The notes under the pieces were generated by a model. The model saw only the letters and a program-made list of their open reading frames with translations. It was not told the DNA's origin and did not search any database. Of a stretch of 64,000 nt of DNA, positions 10,888 through 20,327 are shown piece by piece. Source of the DNA: Minisyncoccota bacterium (GTDB lineage Bacteria > Patescibacteriota > Microgenomatia > UBA1400 > UBA12028). The DNA lies in assembly GCA_016211945.1 (NCBI GenBank), contig JACRHV010000006.1, forward strand, positions 146,093 through 210,092, in the 5' to 3' direction. Numbering within the stretch: position 1 is the stretch's first letter; each line of letters begins with the position of its first letter. The position numbers and the translations under genes were made by a program.

Positions 10888-11748
10888 GTGAGCAAACGCG
10901 ACTTCTACGACGTCCTCGGTGTTTCTAAGTCTGCCTCTCAAGCGGAGATTAAAGCCGCGTATAGAAAGCTCGCATTGCAGTACCATCCGGATCGCAACAA
11001 AGCATCAGATGCGGAAACAAAATTCAAGGAAGTAAACGAGGCGTACCAAGTCTTAGGTGACGAGAAAAAACGCGAACAATACAACCAATTTGGTCATAAT
11101 GCTTTTGATCCTAACAGCGGTTTTGGTGGCGGCAATCCATTTTCCGGCGGATTTCAGCAAGGGCCGTTTACCTATCAATACAGTTCAAGTGGGGGAAACC
11201 CATTTGGCGGATTTGATTTTGGACAAGGTGGCGATCCGTTTGAAATTTTTGAGAGTTTCTTTGGCGGCAATCCGTTTGGCGGGCGCGCACAGCGTAAACC
11301 TCGATACACACTCACTGTCTCTTTTATGGACGCGGCAAAAGGTGCCGAGAAAGCCGTTTCTATTGAAGGGAAAAAACATACTATAAAGATCCCGGCGGGT
11401 GCGGATGACGGGACGCGCATTCGATTTTCCGAGTTTGATATTACCTTGGACGTGAAACCCGATGCTGTGTTTAGGCGCGATGGGTATGATGTCTATGTCG
11501 ATCAGGAAATTCCATTAACCACCGCGATCTTGGGAGGAATGGTTGACGTTCCCACCCTGGATGGTCCTTTGACGTTGAAGGTGCGGCCGGGGACACAGCC
11601 GAACACCATGGTCCGCCTTCGCGAGCAAGGTATTCAATATCTCCAGCGGAGAGCAAAAGGCGACCAGTATATTCGCTTGATCGTAAAAATTCCGGAAAAA
11701 CTTTCTCGTCAACAAAAAGAATTGATCGAGGAATTGGCGAGGTTATAG
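10888..11748 (+). CDS. J-domain co-chaperone, DnaJ/CbpA-like class B (no zinc-finger domain)
   Basis: J domain with 'HPD' ('[14 protein letters not shown]') followed by a G/F-rich region and a C-terminal substrate-binding domain. The protein contains no cysteines, so the CxxCxGxG zinc centre is absent. Confidence 0.85.
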   Translation: MSKRDFYDVLGVSKSASQAEIKAAYRKLALQYHPDRNKASDAETKFKEVNEAYQVLGDEKKREQYNQFGHNAFDPNSGFGGGNPFSGGFQQGPFTYQYSSSGGNPFGGFDFGQGGDPFEIFESFFGGNPFGGRAQRKPRYTLTVSFMDAAKGAEKAVSIEGKKHTIKIPAGADDGTRIRFSEFDITLDVKPDAVFRRDGYDVYVDQEIPLTTAILGGMVDVPTLDGPLTLKVRPGTQPNTMVRLREQGIQYLQRRAKGDQYIRLIVKIPEKLSRQQKELIEELARL

Positions 11749-12405
11749 CACCCCCCTTTCTTTCATCGAGACATACCCTTGTTTTGCCAAAATAATGTGG
11801 TCAGAAAACTCGATTCCAAAGAGTTCAGCTGCCTGCTTGATCCGTGTAGTAAAGATTTTGTCATCCTCAGACGGTTCCGGTACTCCGGACGGATGATTAT
11901 GTGCCAGCACAATCGCAGCCACCGGGAGTCCCGCAATCGGAATAAACACGTCGCGCGGATGGATCAATGTTTGGTTGAGCGATCCTACCGCCACCACCTC
12001 CCGATGCACCAGCTGATACCGTGCGTTCAAATACAAACAAATCAACTGCTCGCGTTTTGACTGCTGGAGATCATGCAGATACGACGCAATAACTCCCGGC
12101 GAGGTAAACACCGTCTCGTTCCGGCGTTGGAATCGATCCATGAGTTCAAAGATCGCCAAAAGTTGCACAGCCTTTGTTTGGCCAATTCCCCTGATGCACA
12201 AAAATTTTTCTAACGATAACTCACTACGCGATGTGGAGTACAAGAGGTGTTCCAATGATCGCGCCACCTTCTCCACAGGAGTTCCGAGTATGCCGTTTCC
12301 CAAAATCACCATTAATAGTTCATGTGTAGACAAAATTTGTGCGCCACGAGCCACGAGTTTTTCTCGCGGGCGGGATCGTATCGGCAAGGCGTGAAGTAAA
12401 GTCAT
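11743..12405 (-). CDS. radC: RadC-like JAB/MPN domain protein
   Basis: N-terminal HhH region and a C-terminal JAMM motif 'HNHPSG'. Confidence 0.8.
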   Translation of the reverse strand: MTLLHALPIRSRPREKLVARGAQILSTHELLMVILGNGILGTPVEKVARSLEHLLYSTSRSELSLEKFLCIRGIGQTKAVQLLAIFELMDRFQRRNETVFTSPGVIASYLHDLQQSKREQLICLYLNARYQLVHREVVAVGSLNQTLIHPRDVFIPIAGLPVAAIVLAHNHPSGVPEPSEDDKIFTTRIKQAAELFGIEFSDHIILAKQGYVSMKERGVL

Positions 12406-12408
12406 GCG

Positions 12409-12756
12409 CTACATCGTAGCGCACAAATCTTTCAATAACCTTACAAAATGTGAACTGCTCTCACAGTACACGGAACGCTTGGGCAACATATGCCGTTTCC
12501 CTTCGAATCCAATCGCGATAATCGGAACATCCGCCCACCCGGATTTTTGATCGATCACATCAAAAAATGTGCAAACTTCGAACATCGGTAACGATTCTTC
12601 AATAACTATGAGTGAAAATGGATTCATCACAAGTTGCAGTAATGCCTCTGTGATGCTTTTTGTCGGAATCAATTCATACTCTGCTTGCATCGCAGATTGA
12701 TGGTATAATCTTCTGAGACGAGAGTTTTGACTGATAAATAAAACTTGAGGAAGCAT
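12409..12756 (-). CDS. Hypothetical protein (115 aa), possibly a degenerate receiver-like fold
   Basis: Directly upstream of radC on the same strand. An alternating hydrophobic pattern ('LIVIEE', 'IPIIAIG') is present but no clear phospho-acceptor context. Confidence 0.35.
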   Translation of the reverse strand: MLPQVLFISQNSRLRRLYHQSAMQAEYELIPTKSITEALLQLVMNPFSLIVIEESLPMFEVCTFFDVIDQKSGWADVPIIAIGFEGKRHMLPKRSVYCESSSHFVRLLKDLCATM

Positions 12757-12820
12757 AGGTAATGATCTAATACAAGTAGAATTTACTCTACTATGAGAAG
12801 ATGATCATGTCAAGAGGAAT

Positions 12821-13159
12821 ATGTTGAATCGAACACAACTCGGCAAAAGAATTAAGGAAGCTCGCCTCCGATCCGGCTTATCGCAACAACAGTTGGCGAC
12901 AGTGGTCGGGGTGTCGGACAAGACAATCTCTGCGTATGAAGTCGGTCGCGTTGATCCTCCACTGGAGTCATTGGAAAAATTGAGCGGTGCAACCGCGCAT
13001 CCGATCGCCTATTTTATCGGTGATGTACAGAGCAATATTGAGGCAAAACTAGATCGCATTGCACGTGAGCTAACAGAGATTCGGCAGTCTCTCCAAAAAC
13101 CTGAACAAGCAGAACAAACAGAAACCACCGCAGTGCCGACAAACGCAAAACAAGAATAG
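12821..13159 (+). CDS. XRE-family HTH transcriptional regulator
   Basis: 'LGKRIKEARLRSGLSQQQLATVVGVSDKTISAYEVGR' is an HTH_3 Cro/C1-type motif. Confidence 0.75.
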   Translation: MLNRTQLGKRIKEARLRSGLSQQQLATVVGVSDKTISAYEVGRVDPPLESLEKLSGATAHPIAYFIGDVQSNIEAKLDRIARELTEIRQSLQKPEQAEQTETTAVPTNAKQE

Positions 13160-13214
13160 TTTCCTGATGTATAATTGGTGAACTTTCGTGGTAAGTGTTT
13201 TTTCACACATCATG

Positions 13215-13302
13215 GGAGGAGTCGCCTAGTGGTCAATGGCAATTGCCTGGAAAGCAATGACTCGCAAGGGTCCCGTGGGTTCGAATCCCTCCTCCTCCGC
13301 AA
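13215..13302 (+). tRNA. tRNA-Ser (anticodon GGA), type II
   Basis: Acceptor GGAGGAG/CTCCTCC, anticodon loop CTGGAAA, a long variable arm, T-loop TTCGAAT, G73, and no encoded CCA. Confidence 0.8.
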
Positions 13303-13305
13303 ATA

Positions 13306-14030
13306 TGAACATTCAACCAGTTAGTATCTCAGTTGGATCAGAAAAATTATCGGGATTACTCTATATTCCTCAAAATGTAAATAATACAAAATTTCCTTCA
13401 GTCGTAATTTTTCATGGACGAGGAAGTAATAAAAATCGATATGTTGACCGAGGTGAAGTTCTTGTTGAAAAAGGTATACTCACTTTGATCTATGATTTTC
13501 GTGGTTGTGGTGAAAGCGATGGTTACCTTAAGAAACAAACTATCGCTATGGGATTTGCAGATGCAGTTGCCGGATATGAGTTTCTAAAAAATCATCCCTT
13601 ATGTGATAAAAATAGACTTGGTGTTTTGGGAGGAAGTTTTGGCGGATATCAAGCTGCGTTATTATCTGAAAAATATCCAATTACCTCACTAGTATTATCT
13701 GTCCCAGCAATCTATCAAGATAAGTGGTGGAATGTTGTTCCGGAGACTATGGATCCTGAAAGAAAAAACTTATATAAACAACAATCTGGACTCGAGAATA
13801 CAAAAGCAATACGCGCCATCCGTAAATATTCCGAGAAAATCCTTGTTATAGAACATGAAAATGATGAGGTTATTCCTCATAAAGTTATTGAAGCTTATTA
13901 TTCAAATGCTTCAAACGCCAAATTGAAAGAAATGAAAATAATTCCAAACGCTCCTCACGCCCTACATGACCAATTATTTGTTAAACAGTCAATAGACATC
14001 GTTGTTAAGTGGTTTATGAAAACACTGTGA
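13306..14030 (+). CDS. Alpha/beta-hydrolase (dienelactone hydrolase / S9-like)
   Basis: 'VVIFHGRGS' and the nucleophile elbow 'GGSFGG'. The start was set at 'MNIQP', downstream of the tRNA. The tracked ORF start at 13236 lies inside the tRNA. Confidence 0.7.
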
Positions 14031-14042
14031 GAATATTTATAT

Positions 14043-14726
14043 CTATCCTCTCCTCTTCACCACAAACCAGTCCTCTTTTGGCACATTCTTACTTCTTCCC
14101 AATATATTTTCCACATCTTTCATCTGTGTTTTATGACAATACATCGCCTTCACCCGGAGCTCCCATACACTAGAAGTATCAATAATCAAATTTACTTCGT
14201 GACGTTCTTTTCCGTCGGGGAAATAAATAAAATACTCGGTGATTTGATCGGTAAAATATTTTTTTGAAACAAAATAATAAAGCGCCTGCGGAATTGTATT
14301 TTTTCTAAACGCTTGTGTTGTTGAAGATGCAATAGCGATATGATCCATATGACCGGAAATGCCATTCAGGTCATAGGTGAGCACAGCATCCGGTTTATAT
14401 TTTTTGATAAAACGAAGAAAATCTTTTTCCAATTTCTGTAGTTGATCGTTTGAAATTTTCCCATCGTTATATCTCAAAAATTCTACGGACGTTACTCCTA
14501 ACAATTTCGCAGCAATCCTCAATTCTTTTGTGCGAACACGTCCATCGCCGCCACCCTCTCCCTTCGTTGCGCACACCACATGAATCTCCACGCCGCGCTG
14601 TGCCCATAGTGCCAACGATGCCCCAGGTCCAAATGTTTCATCATCAGGATGCGCGAAAAAACATACAACCTTTATTGGCAACGGAATATCTTTTGATGAA
14701 TATGAAACAAGTCTCGGTGTATTCAT
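14043..14726 (-). CDS. PIG-L/LmbE family deacetylase
   Basis: 'AHPDDE' zinc-binding motif near the N-terminus and 'HxDH'-like 'GHMDH'. Confidence 0.8.
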   Translation of the reverse strand: MNTPRLVSYSSKDIPLPIKVVCFFAHPDDETFGPGASLALWAQRGVEIHVVCATKGEGGGDGRVRTKELRIAAKLLGVTSVEFLRYNDGKISNDQLQKLEKDFLRFIKKYKPDAVLTYDLNGISGHMDHIAIASSTTQAFRKNTIPQALYYFVSKKYFTDQITEYFIYFPDGKERHEVNLIIDTSSVWELRVKAMYCHKTQMKDVENILGRSKNVPKEDWFVVKRRG

Positions 14727-15481
14727 CGTGAGTATGGTACCTCCAGTTTGAACGCCTGTTGATGGACGTGGTGAACAATGCGTTGAATAATTTCCTGATC
14801 AATTCCTTCAATGACAAGAGAAGATGGTGACTTCTTTTTATCAATCAATTGTTCCAGTACTTGATCCGCTTGTTCATAGGTAAATCCCAATTCATTCTCA
14901 TCGGTTTGGTTATTCCACAACCCAGCGGATGGCGCTTTAGAAAGAATCTGCTGAGGAATTCCCAACTCCTGTGCAAGCGCATACACCTCTGTTTTGTACA
15001 GATGCGCAATCGGTTCAATATCCGATGCCGCATCGCCAAAACGTGTGAAATATCCCAAGTAATGTTCTGATTTATTTTCTGTTCCGCACACCAGCGCACG
15101 TTTTTCTTTTGCGGTATCGTACACCGCGATCATACGGACGCGCGCCATCACATTTCCTTTTCTCAGATGATCGTTTGATGAAATATTGAGCACAGAGCAC
15201 AACGCATTCACCGGCGATTGAATGTTACGTTCAACCCACTGCGACTTTGGTAGCGAGTTCCATACACACATCGTTTTCGCGTCATCCATGTTTTGTCTTC
15301 CATATGGCAGAAGAACGGGAAATATGTGTTCTCTCGGAACTGCGCGGGCAAGGAGACTTAAGGAGACTGCGGAGTCAATGCCACCAGATACCGCAACAAC
15401 AGCATGTGCGATGCCATGTTTCGCATAGGTGTGTGTCAAAAACTGAGTGATCTGTGTAATTTCTTGTGCCGCATTACGCAT
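14723..15481 (-). CDS. nadE: NH3-dependent NAD+ synthetase
   Basis: PP-loop 'AVSGGIDSAV'. The start was chosen at the Met 'MRNAAQ', giving a 2-nt gap after the nadD stop. The longest ORF runs to 15613 and would overlap nadD by 140 nt. Confidence 0.8.
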   Translation of the reverse strand: MRNAAQEITQITQFLTHTYAKHGIAHAVVAVSGGIDSAVSLSLLARAVPREHIFPVLLPYGRQNMDDAKTMCVWNSLPKSQWVERNIQSPVNALCSVLNISSNDHLRKGNVMARVRMIAVYDTAKEKRALVCGTENKSEHYLGYFTRFGDAASDIEPIAHLYKTEVYALAQELGIPQQILSKAPSAGLWNNQTDENELGFTYEQADQVLEQLIDKKKSPSSLVIEGIDQEIIQRIVHHVHQQAFKLEVPYSR

Positions 15482-16046
15482 GGTTCTGATTATACAATGC
15501 GTTTTCTCTGATGTACTCAGTGATTTGATGGGGGACATATGACTGAATATCTGCTCCACGATGTACTGCCTCACGCACGAGTGTTGAGGACACATTGATT
15601 TCCTCCATTTCACGAAGGGGGATCATATTTGAATAGAGTGGTTCAAACGGAAAATTGGCACGGGGATACACATAGACGCGGAATTGGTCGAGGAGCTCTT
15701 GGTATCGATGCCATTTGTGAAACGACTGCAGTTGGTCTGAGCCGATGAGCCAAGAAATCTCATCTTGTGGATGTTTCTCTGCAAAATAGCGCAGTGTATC
15801 AAAAGAATAACTTTTTTCTTTTCGATTAAGTTCATAGGGATCTATCGTGATGTTGGGAAGAAGGTTGAGCATTGCGAGCCGATAATGTGCTGGGCTCATT
15901 TCCTTTGCAAATGGATGATTTGCACATGGAATAAAAATCACCTGGTCAGCAATGTTCTGATCAACAATATTTTGGGCAATAGCAAGGTGTCCGTTATGCG
16001 GGGGATCAAAGCTACCGCCAAAGAGTATGAGATGCATGATGCGCAT
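15474..16046 (-). CDS. nadD: Nicotinate-nucleotide adenylyltransferase
   Basis: 'GGSFDPPHNGH' (H/T)xGH nucleotidyltransferase motif and a later 'ISSTLVR'-like 'VSSTLVR'. Confidence 0.85.
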   Translation of the reverse strand: MRIMHLILFGGSFDPPHNGHLAIAQNIVDQNIADQVIFIPCANHPFAKEMSPAHYRLAMLNLLPNITIDPYELNRKEKSYSFDTLRYFAEKHPQDEISWLIGSDQLQSFHKWHRYQELLDQFRVYVYPRANFPFEPLYSNMIPLREMEEINVSSTLVREAVHRGADIQSYVPHQITEYIRENALYNQNHA

Positions 16047-16106
16047 TGTATCTCCTTCATTCCTACCATGAAAGGTCTAGTATAATGTTCAAAAGGGGAT
16101 TTTCTT

Positions 16107-17345
16107 ATGCCAAAATCAGCGTTTTTTTCTGCGTTACAAGCAGAACTTGATCGTTTGGATCAAGCAAAAGTGAGCAAGAGAAATGAGAATGTTATCGAGA
16201 GTTTTACGAGTGACCCGTCACCCAAAGCGGTGATACAAGGAAAACAGTACACCATTTTTAACTCAAATGATTACCTCGGACTACGCCATCATCCAGTATT
16301 AAAAGAAGCGGATCATGCCACAGTGGAAAAATTTGGAACCGGTCCGGGCGCAGTGCGATTTATTTCCGGCTCGTTACAAATGTATAAAGATTTGGAACAG
16401 GCAATCGCGAAGTTTCATGGTCGTGAGGATGCGATGGTGGTGTCCTCTGCATTTGCCACAAACGTCGCCGTGATGTCATGTCTCATTAAAGGACAAAGTA
16501 AAGAATCGATGGTGTCCGAGAATAGTTTAGTGATATCCGATGAACTGAATCATCGGAGTATCATTGAAGGAATCCGCGCGGCAAGCATCGACAGTACACA
16601 CAAAGCGATTTTCAAGCACATGGATGCGGAAGATTTACGACGCGTACTCGAAGAAAATAAAGGGAAGTTTGCACGCATCATTGTGGTAACGGATGGTGTG
16701 TTTAGTATGTTGGGTGAATACCAGGACCTCGCAAAACTCCGTGCGGTGATTGATGCGTACGACGCTACGTACCCGGAGGGAATTGTGCTTGTTGTTGACG
16801 ATGCACACGGCGTTGGATGTTTTGGTACCACAGGCCGTGGGGTAGAGGAAGTGTGTGGGGCGAAAGCCGACGTTTTGGTGGGAACATTGGGGAAAGCATT
16901 TGGTACGGATGGCGGATATGTGGTGGGAGATAAAGTAGTGATTGATTATTTGCGTGAGTCTGCGGCAACATACGTCTACTCGAACTCAATTTCACCGGGA
17001 ACTGCGGGGGCGGCGCTCAAAGCATTTGAGATGATGCAGGAAGCAGAGGGTACGCAACTTCTTAAACAGTCGCGTGACAACATTGCGCTGTTTAAAAAGC
17101 TCATGTCGGAAGAGGGGTTGGTGTTTGCAGCAGAGTCAACACATCCTATCCAACCACTGCTCATTGGTGATCCTGCAAAGGCAAAACAAGTGAAACTGGG
17201 GTTGTATGAAATGGGATACTTGGTGACGAACATTAATTACCCTGTTGTTTCAAAGGGGAGAGATGAAATTCGCATCCAAATTAGTGCAGCACATACGCAA
17301 ACAGAGATCGAAACGTTCGTAAAAGCAGTAAAAAGTGTGATGTAA
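16107..17345 (+). CDS. PLP-dependent alpha-oxoamine synthase family acyltransferase (Kbl/BioF/SPT-like)
   Basis: Fold-type I aminotransferase class II, with the PLP-lysine motif 'GTLGKAFG' and 'DDAHGVG'. Confidence 0.8.
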   Translation: MPKSAFFSALQAELDRLDQAKVSKRNENVIESFTSDPSPKAVIQGKQYTIFNSNDYLGLRHHPVLKEADHATVEKFGTGPGAVRFISGSLQMYKDLEQAIAKFHGREDAMVVSSAFATNVAVMSCLIKGQSKESMVSENSLVISDELNHRSIIEGIRAASIDSTHKAIFKHMDAEDLRRVLEENKGKFARIIVVTDGVFSMLGEYQDLAKLRAVIDAYDATYPEGIVLVVDDAHGVGCFGTTGRGVEEVCGAKADVLVGTLGKAFGTDGGYVVGDKVVIDYLRESAATYVYSNSISPGTAGAALKAFEMMQEAEGTQLLKQSRDNIALFKKLMSEEGLVFAAESTHPIQPLLIGDPAKAKQVKLGLYEMGYLVTNINYPVVSKGRDEIRIQISAAHTQTEIETFVKAVKSVM

Positions 17346-17414
17346 AAAGCATTGATTTATACATTACTATTTATATAGTAGAACATTATTATTACTCATA
17401 TAGAAAACTCCTCC

Positions 17415-17443
17415 TTGTGCCAATATTTTTCGGCGGGTATAAT
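17415..17443 (+). promoter_or_regulatory. Sigma70-like promoter (TTGTGC-17 nt-TATAAT) followed by a structured leader
   Basis: -35 at 17415-17420 and -10 at 17438-17443 with a 17-nt spacer. The downstream leader has an inverted repeat GGCAGT...ACTGCC before the transporter-like ORF. Confidence 0.3.
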
Positions 17444-17545
17444 ACCGGCAGTTTCCAAAAACCTTAACAAGTACTGCCTTGGAGCCGAGATTAACGGAGT
17501 GCTTTTTGCCCCCAAGTGAGGGTTTTGAACAAAAAAGGAGGACGT

Positions 17546-18214
17546 ATGACAAAACGACAGCGCGTCTTATTCCTCGGGAGTTCGTTGTGGGCGTTTAGCG
17601 AAGGTTTGTTCGGTCCACTCTTTGCTGTGTTTACCGAACAAATTGGTGGAAATCTTCTTGACGTTTCATGGGCGTGGACAATTTACCTCGTAGTGACAGG
17701 CTCACTTATTATTCTGATTGGTAAAGTTTCAGATAAAAAGTGGTTTAGCAAGTCATACGCAATGTATGCAGGATATGCGATCAACGCGTTGTGCACTTTT
17801 GCATATCTCCTCATCCGAACACCGACACAGTTGTTTCTCGTTGGAGCATTAAGTGGGTTGGCTAATGCTCTTATCGAACCAAATTGGAACAGTCTTTTTA
17901 CGCGATACGAAGATAAAAAACAATCAGGATCTGCCTGGGGATGGGTTGGCGGACAGGCACAAATACTCAGTGGTCTTGCGGTATTGATTGGTGGGCTTAT
18001 TGTACAATATTTCTCATTTTCTGCGCTCTTCATTACGATGGGAATCGTACAAGTGATATCATTGTATGTGCAGATTGACGTGCTTCAGTTCCAGGTACGA
18101 AAAAGCACGAAAAAACTTTTATCAAAAAGGGTGTCTCTGCGGGTGCGAGTGAGGTATGGAAAAATCCGTCGTCGAACTCGAAAAACGCGAAGAATTGCTT
18201 GGGGACTTGCATAA
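17546..18214 (+). CDS. MFS-like 6-TM membrane protein, probably truncated (half-transporter with a basic non-native tail)
   Basis: Six hydrophobic helices resembling one MFS repeat. The C-terminal 40 aa are an Arg/Lys-rich low-complexity tail that looks like out-of-frame read-through. Confidence 0.45.
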   Translation: MTKRQRVLFLGSSLWAFSEGLFGPLFAVFTEQIGGNLLDVSWAWTIYLVVTGSLIILIGKVSDKKWFSKSYAMYAGYAINALCTFAYLLIRTPTQLFLVGALSGLANALIEPNWNSLFTRYEDKKQSGSAWGWVGGQAQILSGLAVLIGGLIVQYFSFSALFITMGIVQVISLYVQIDVLQFQVRKSTKKLLSKRVSLRVRVRYGKIRRRTRKTRRIAWGLA

Positions 18215-18274
18215 ATTTGGCCGAATTTCTCGATATGTTCCGTGTTAAAATAACCTCGCTTTGAGACCTTGTAT

Positions 18275-18359
18275 GGAGACGTCGGATAGTGGTCATTCCA
18301 GAGGTTTGCTAAACCTCGGCCTCAAAAGGGCCTCGTGGGTTCGAGTCCCACCGTCTCCG
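18275..18359 (+). tRNA. tRNA-Ser (anticodon GCU), type II
   Basis: Acceptor GGAGACG/CGTCTCC, anticodon loop TTGCTAA, a long variable arm, T-loop TTCGAGT, G73. Confidence 0.8.
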
Positions 18360-18388
18360 CAATCGAAAATTCGGGCTATAATTTCACC

Positions 18389-19015
18389 ATGAAACTTTTT
18401 TTATTTGGTGGCGCAGAGTTGAATCTCGGTCAGGGACAACCACTTAAAGATTTGATAAAGCGAACGATCCAAAGACTTCACCCCACATCAATTCTTCACA
18501 TTCCATTTGCCAGATTACATCCAACAGAAGAAGCGTTTAAGGAGGGATGGTTCAAGGAAATTATGCAAAACACTGGTATTGAAATTCTTGATGCGCGCAT
18601 AGAAACCGATGTTGAAAAAGCTCATCATCCTCTCGTTTTTATTAATGGAGGACACGATAAAGCAGATTTGATTGAAGGAATAAAAAATAATAAGAAAATT
18701 CTGAACATCATTCTCAATGCAGATTATATTGTGTCAGAATCTTCGGGTTCTATGGTGACTGCCGAATATATGAAACTAGACAAAAAAGGCGAAGAAATTG
18801 TCAGGGGATTGGGGATTCTCAAAGACACAATAATAGAACCCCACTACTCTGAGCGAAATTCTCAACACCTTCTCATACATGAAATGAAACAAGCACACGC
18901 AAAATATGGAATTGGAATTGATTGTGTAACGGCTATTGTTATTGATCCGGCAACATTTCCTTCAACATGGGATAAGATTGGAGATGGAAATGTCGAGGTT
19001 AAACGTGCGGGGTAA
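18389..19015 (+). CDS. Peptidase family S51 (dipeptidase E / cyanophycinase-like)
   Basis: Colinear with PepE: 'IPFA', 'INGGH', a nucleophile-Ser region 'SESSGS', and a His in 'EPHYSE'. The start was set at 'MKLFLFGG', downstream of the tRNA. Confidence 0.55.
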   Translation: MKLFLFGGAELNLGQGQPLKDLIKRTIQRLHPTSILHIPFARLHPTEEAFKEGWFKEIMQNTGIEILDARIETDVEKAHHPLVFINGGHDKADLIEGIKNNKKILNIILNADYIVSESSGSMVTAEYMKLDKKGEEIVRGLGILKDTIIEPHYSERNSQHLLIHEMKQAHAKYGIGIDCVTAIVIDPATFPSTWDKIGDGNVEVKRAG

Positions 19016-19063
19016 ACTCAAAAGATCTCTTTTATAAGTACGGAATGATAGAATTGCTTACCT

Positions 19064-19151
19064 GGAGAGGTCGCCTAGTGGTCGATGGCATCAGTTTACT
19101 AAACTGACATATCGCAAGATATCGAGGGTTCGAATCCCTCCCTCTCCGCCA
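19064..19151 (+). tRNA. Type-II (Ser-like) tRNA with an atypical anticodon loop TTACTAA (anticodon ACU) and a genomically encoded CCA
   Basis: Acceptor GGAGAGG/CCTCTCC, a perfect T-arm GAGGG-TTCGAAT-CCCTC, a long variable arm, G73, and a CCA at 19149-19151. The D-arm is nearly identical to the tRNA-Ser(GGA) gene. Positions 34-36 read A-C-U. Confidence 0.65.
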
Positions 19152-19159
19152 AAACTTAC

Positions 19160-19830
19160 AGTAATCAACACAAACTAACAGAAAATAACAATTATCTTCA
19201 CTAATCTAAATATAAAAGAGCTTATTAACGAGTTGTCTGTCACTTTTCAAATTCATCAGGTACCTTATAGGGTCTTTTCCATTGTGTTTTTATGTATTCT
19301 TTGACCACATCACTGGTCGCACCGTCTGAGACGGATGCCACATAATAACCCGTCGCCCAAAGCACTCCCTCTTTCCATATGTACTGTTTCAATTGTGGAA
19401 GAAATTCTTCTCTAAGTTTTTTTGAGGAAATTCCTTTGAGTAATTGGACTATCTTTGTCGGAGAATATGTGGGAGGAGCATCCACTAACACATGTATGTG
19501 ATCGGGCATGACCTCTTGCGCAATGATTTTAAATTTATAGGCTTTAGCAATTTCTTCAAGTATTTCTTTTAGCCTTACAGGTATCTTCCCTACAAGAACT
19601 TCCCGTCGATATTTAGGAATCCACACAAAATGATATTTAATGTTATGACGAGAATGGGAGCCAGATCGCGTATTATCGCGATAAAAATAATGTAGAACAG
19701 CTTTTAGTGTCTCAAATCTTTGAAGTTGAGTTTCTGAAAGAGCCATAGTCAAATTGTACCAAACGAACCCCGCCCCATTCGGATATTCTTTGTATCCCTT
19801 GCCAATATTAAAATATGTGAATGACAAAGT
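19160..19830 (-). mobile_element. IS200/IS605-family element or remnant (tnpA only; ends not defined)
   Basis: Contains a Y1 HUH transposase gene but no tnpB. It lies 90 nt downstream of a tRNA 3' end. The boundaries are approximate. Confidence 0.4.
19240..19827 (-). CDS. tnpA: IS200-type Y1 (HUH) transposase TnpA
   Basis: 'YHFVWIPKYRR', the HUH motif 'HIHVLV', and the catalytic-Tyr region 'LWATGYYVASVSDG'. The probable true start is the internal Met 'MALSETQ' at about 19746. Confidence 0.85.
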   Translation of the reverse strand: MSFTYFNIGKGYKEYPNGAGFVWYNLTMALSETQLQRFETLKAVLHYFYRDNTRSGSHSRHNIKYHFVWIPKYRREVLVGKIPVRLKEILEEIAKAYKFKIIAQEVMPDHIHVLVDAPPTYSPTKIVQLLKGISSKKLREEFLPQLKQYIWKEGVLWATGYYVASVSDGATSDVVKEYIKTQWKRPYKVPDEFEK

Positions 19831-20327
19831 TTGATACAGAAAGATTATTTCTCTTTACCCATTCTTACTCAGGAAAAGTCATCGCAGAACACATCACGAA
19901 ACGGTGTAAGGATGACACAGCCCGATTCGAAAGAGAGGTCCATCTTTTAGCCAAAGTGTTACGCTTTCGACATGCTGACCTCAAAAAACTTATCATTTAT
20001 CCCATAACTCTTGATGTCTCTATAAAAATTATGAAGCCAGATCTTCTGGCGTTTCTTGAGGTGGAAAGAGAACTTGAATGTATCGCTTCAGAAAAATTGG
20101 ATGAGTATTCAACTGCCAAAGAAGACTACCAACGACAAATGCTCACACCAGCCATTGAACGAGTTGCTGGAAATGCACTTGCGGGAATTGACGATGATTC
20201 TGAGTTTCAGAATAAAATTCAAGAAAAAATACAGGAACATGGGCGAGTATATTATAAAGTGGCTCGAAAGTATCGACTTCCCACAATGCGGATTGTGCCT
20301 TTTCTCTTGAGGCTCATTGCTTGTTAA
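19821..20327 (+). CDS. Hypothetical protein (168 aa)
   Basis: Intact ORF divergent from tnpA and convergent with the helicase gene, with overlapping stops. No recognisable motif. Confidence 0.4.
   Translation: MTKFDTERLFLFTHSYSGKVIAEHITKRCKDDTARFEREVHLLAKVLRFRHADLKKLIIYPITLDVSIKIMKPDLLAFLEVERELECIASEKLDEYSTAKEDYQRQMLTPAIERVAGNALAGIDDDSEFQNKIQEKIQEHGRVYYKVARKYRLPTMRIVPFLLRLIAC

Noticed and set aside
13236-13305. N-terminal extension of the alpha/beta-hydrolase ORF
   Set aside because: The extension is encoded by the body of the tRNA-Ser(GGA) gene, so the true start is the Met just downstream of the tRNA. The same applies to 18335-18388 (tRNA-Ser GCU), 60610-60657 (tRNA-Ser CGA) and 53218-53277 (tRNA-Arg CCG).
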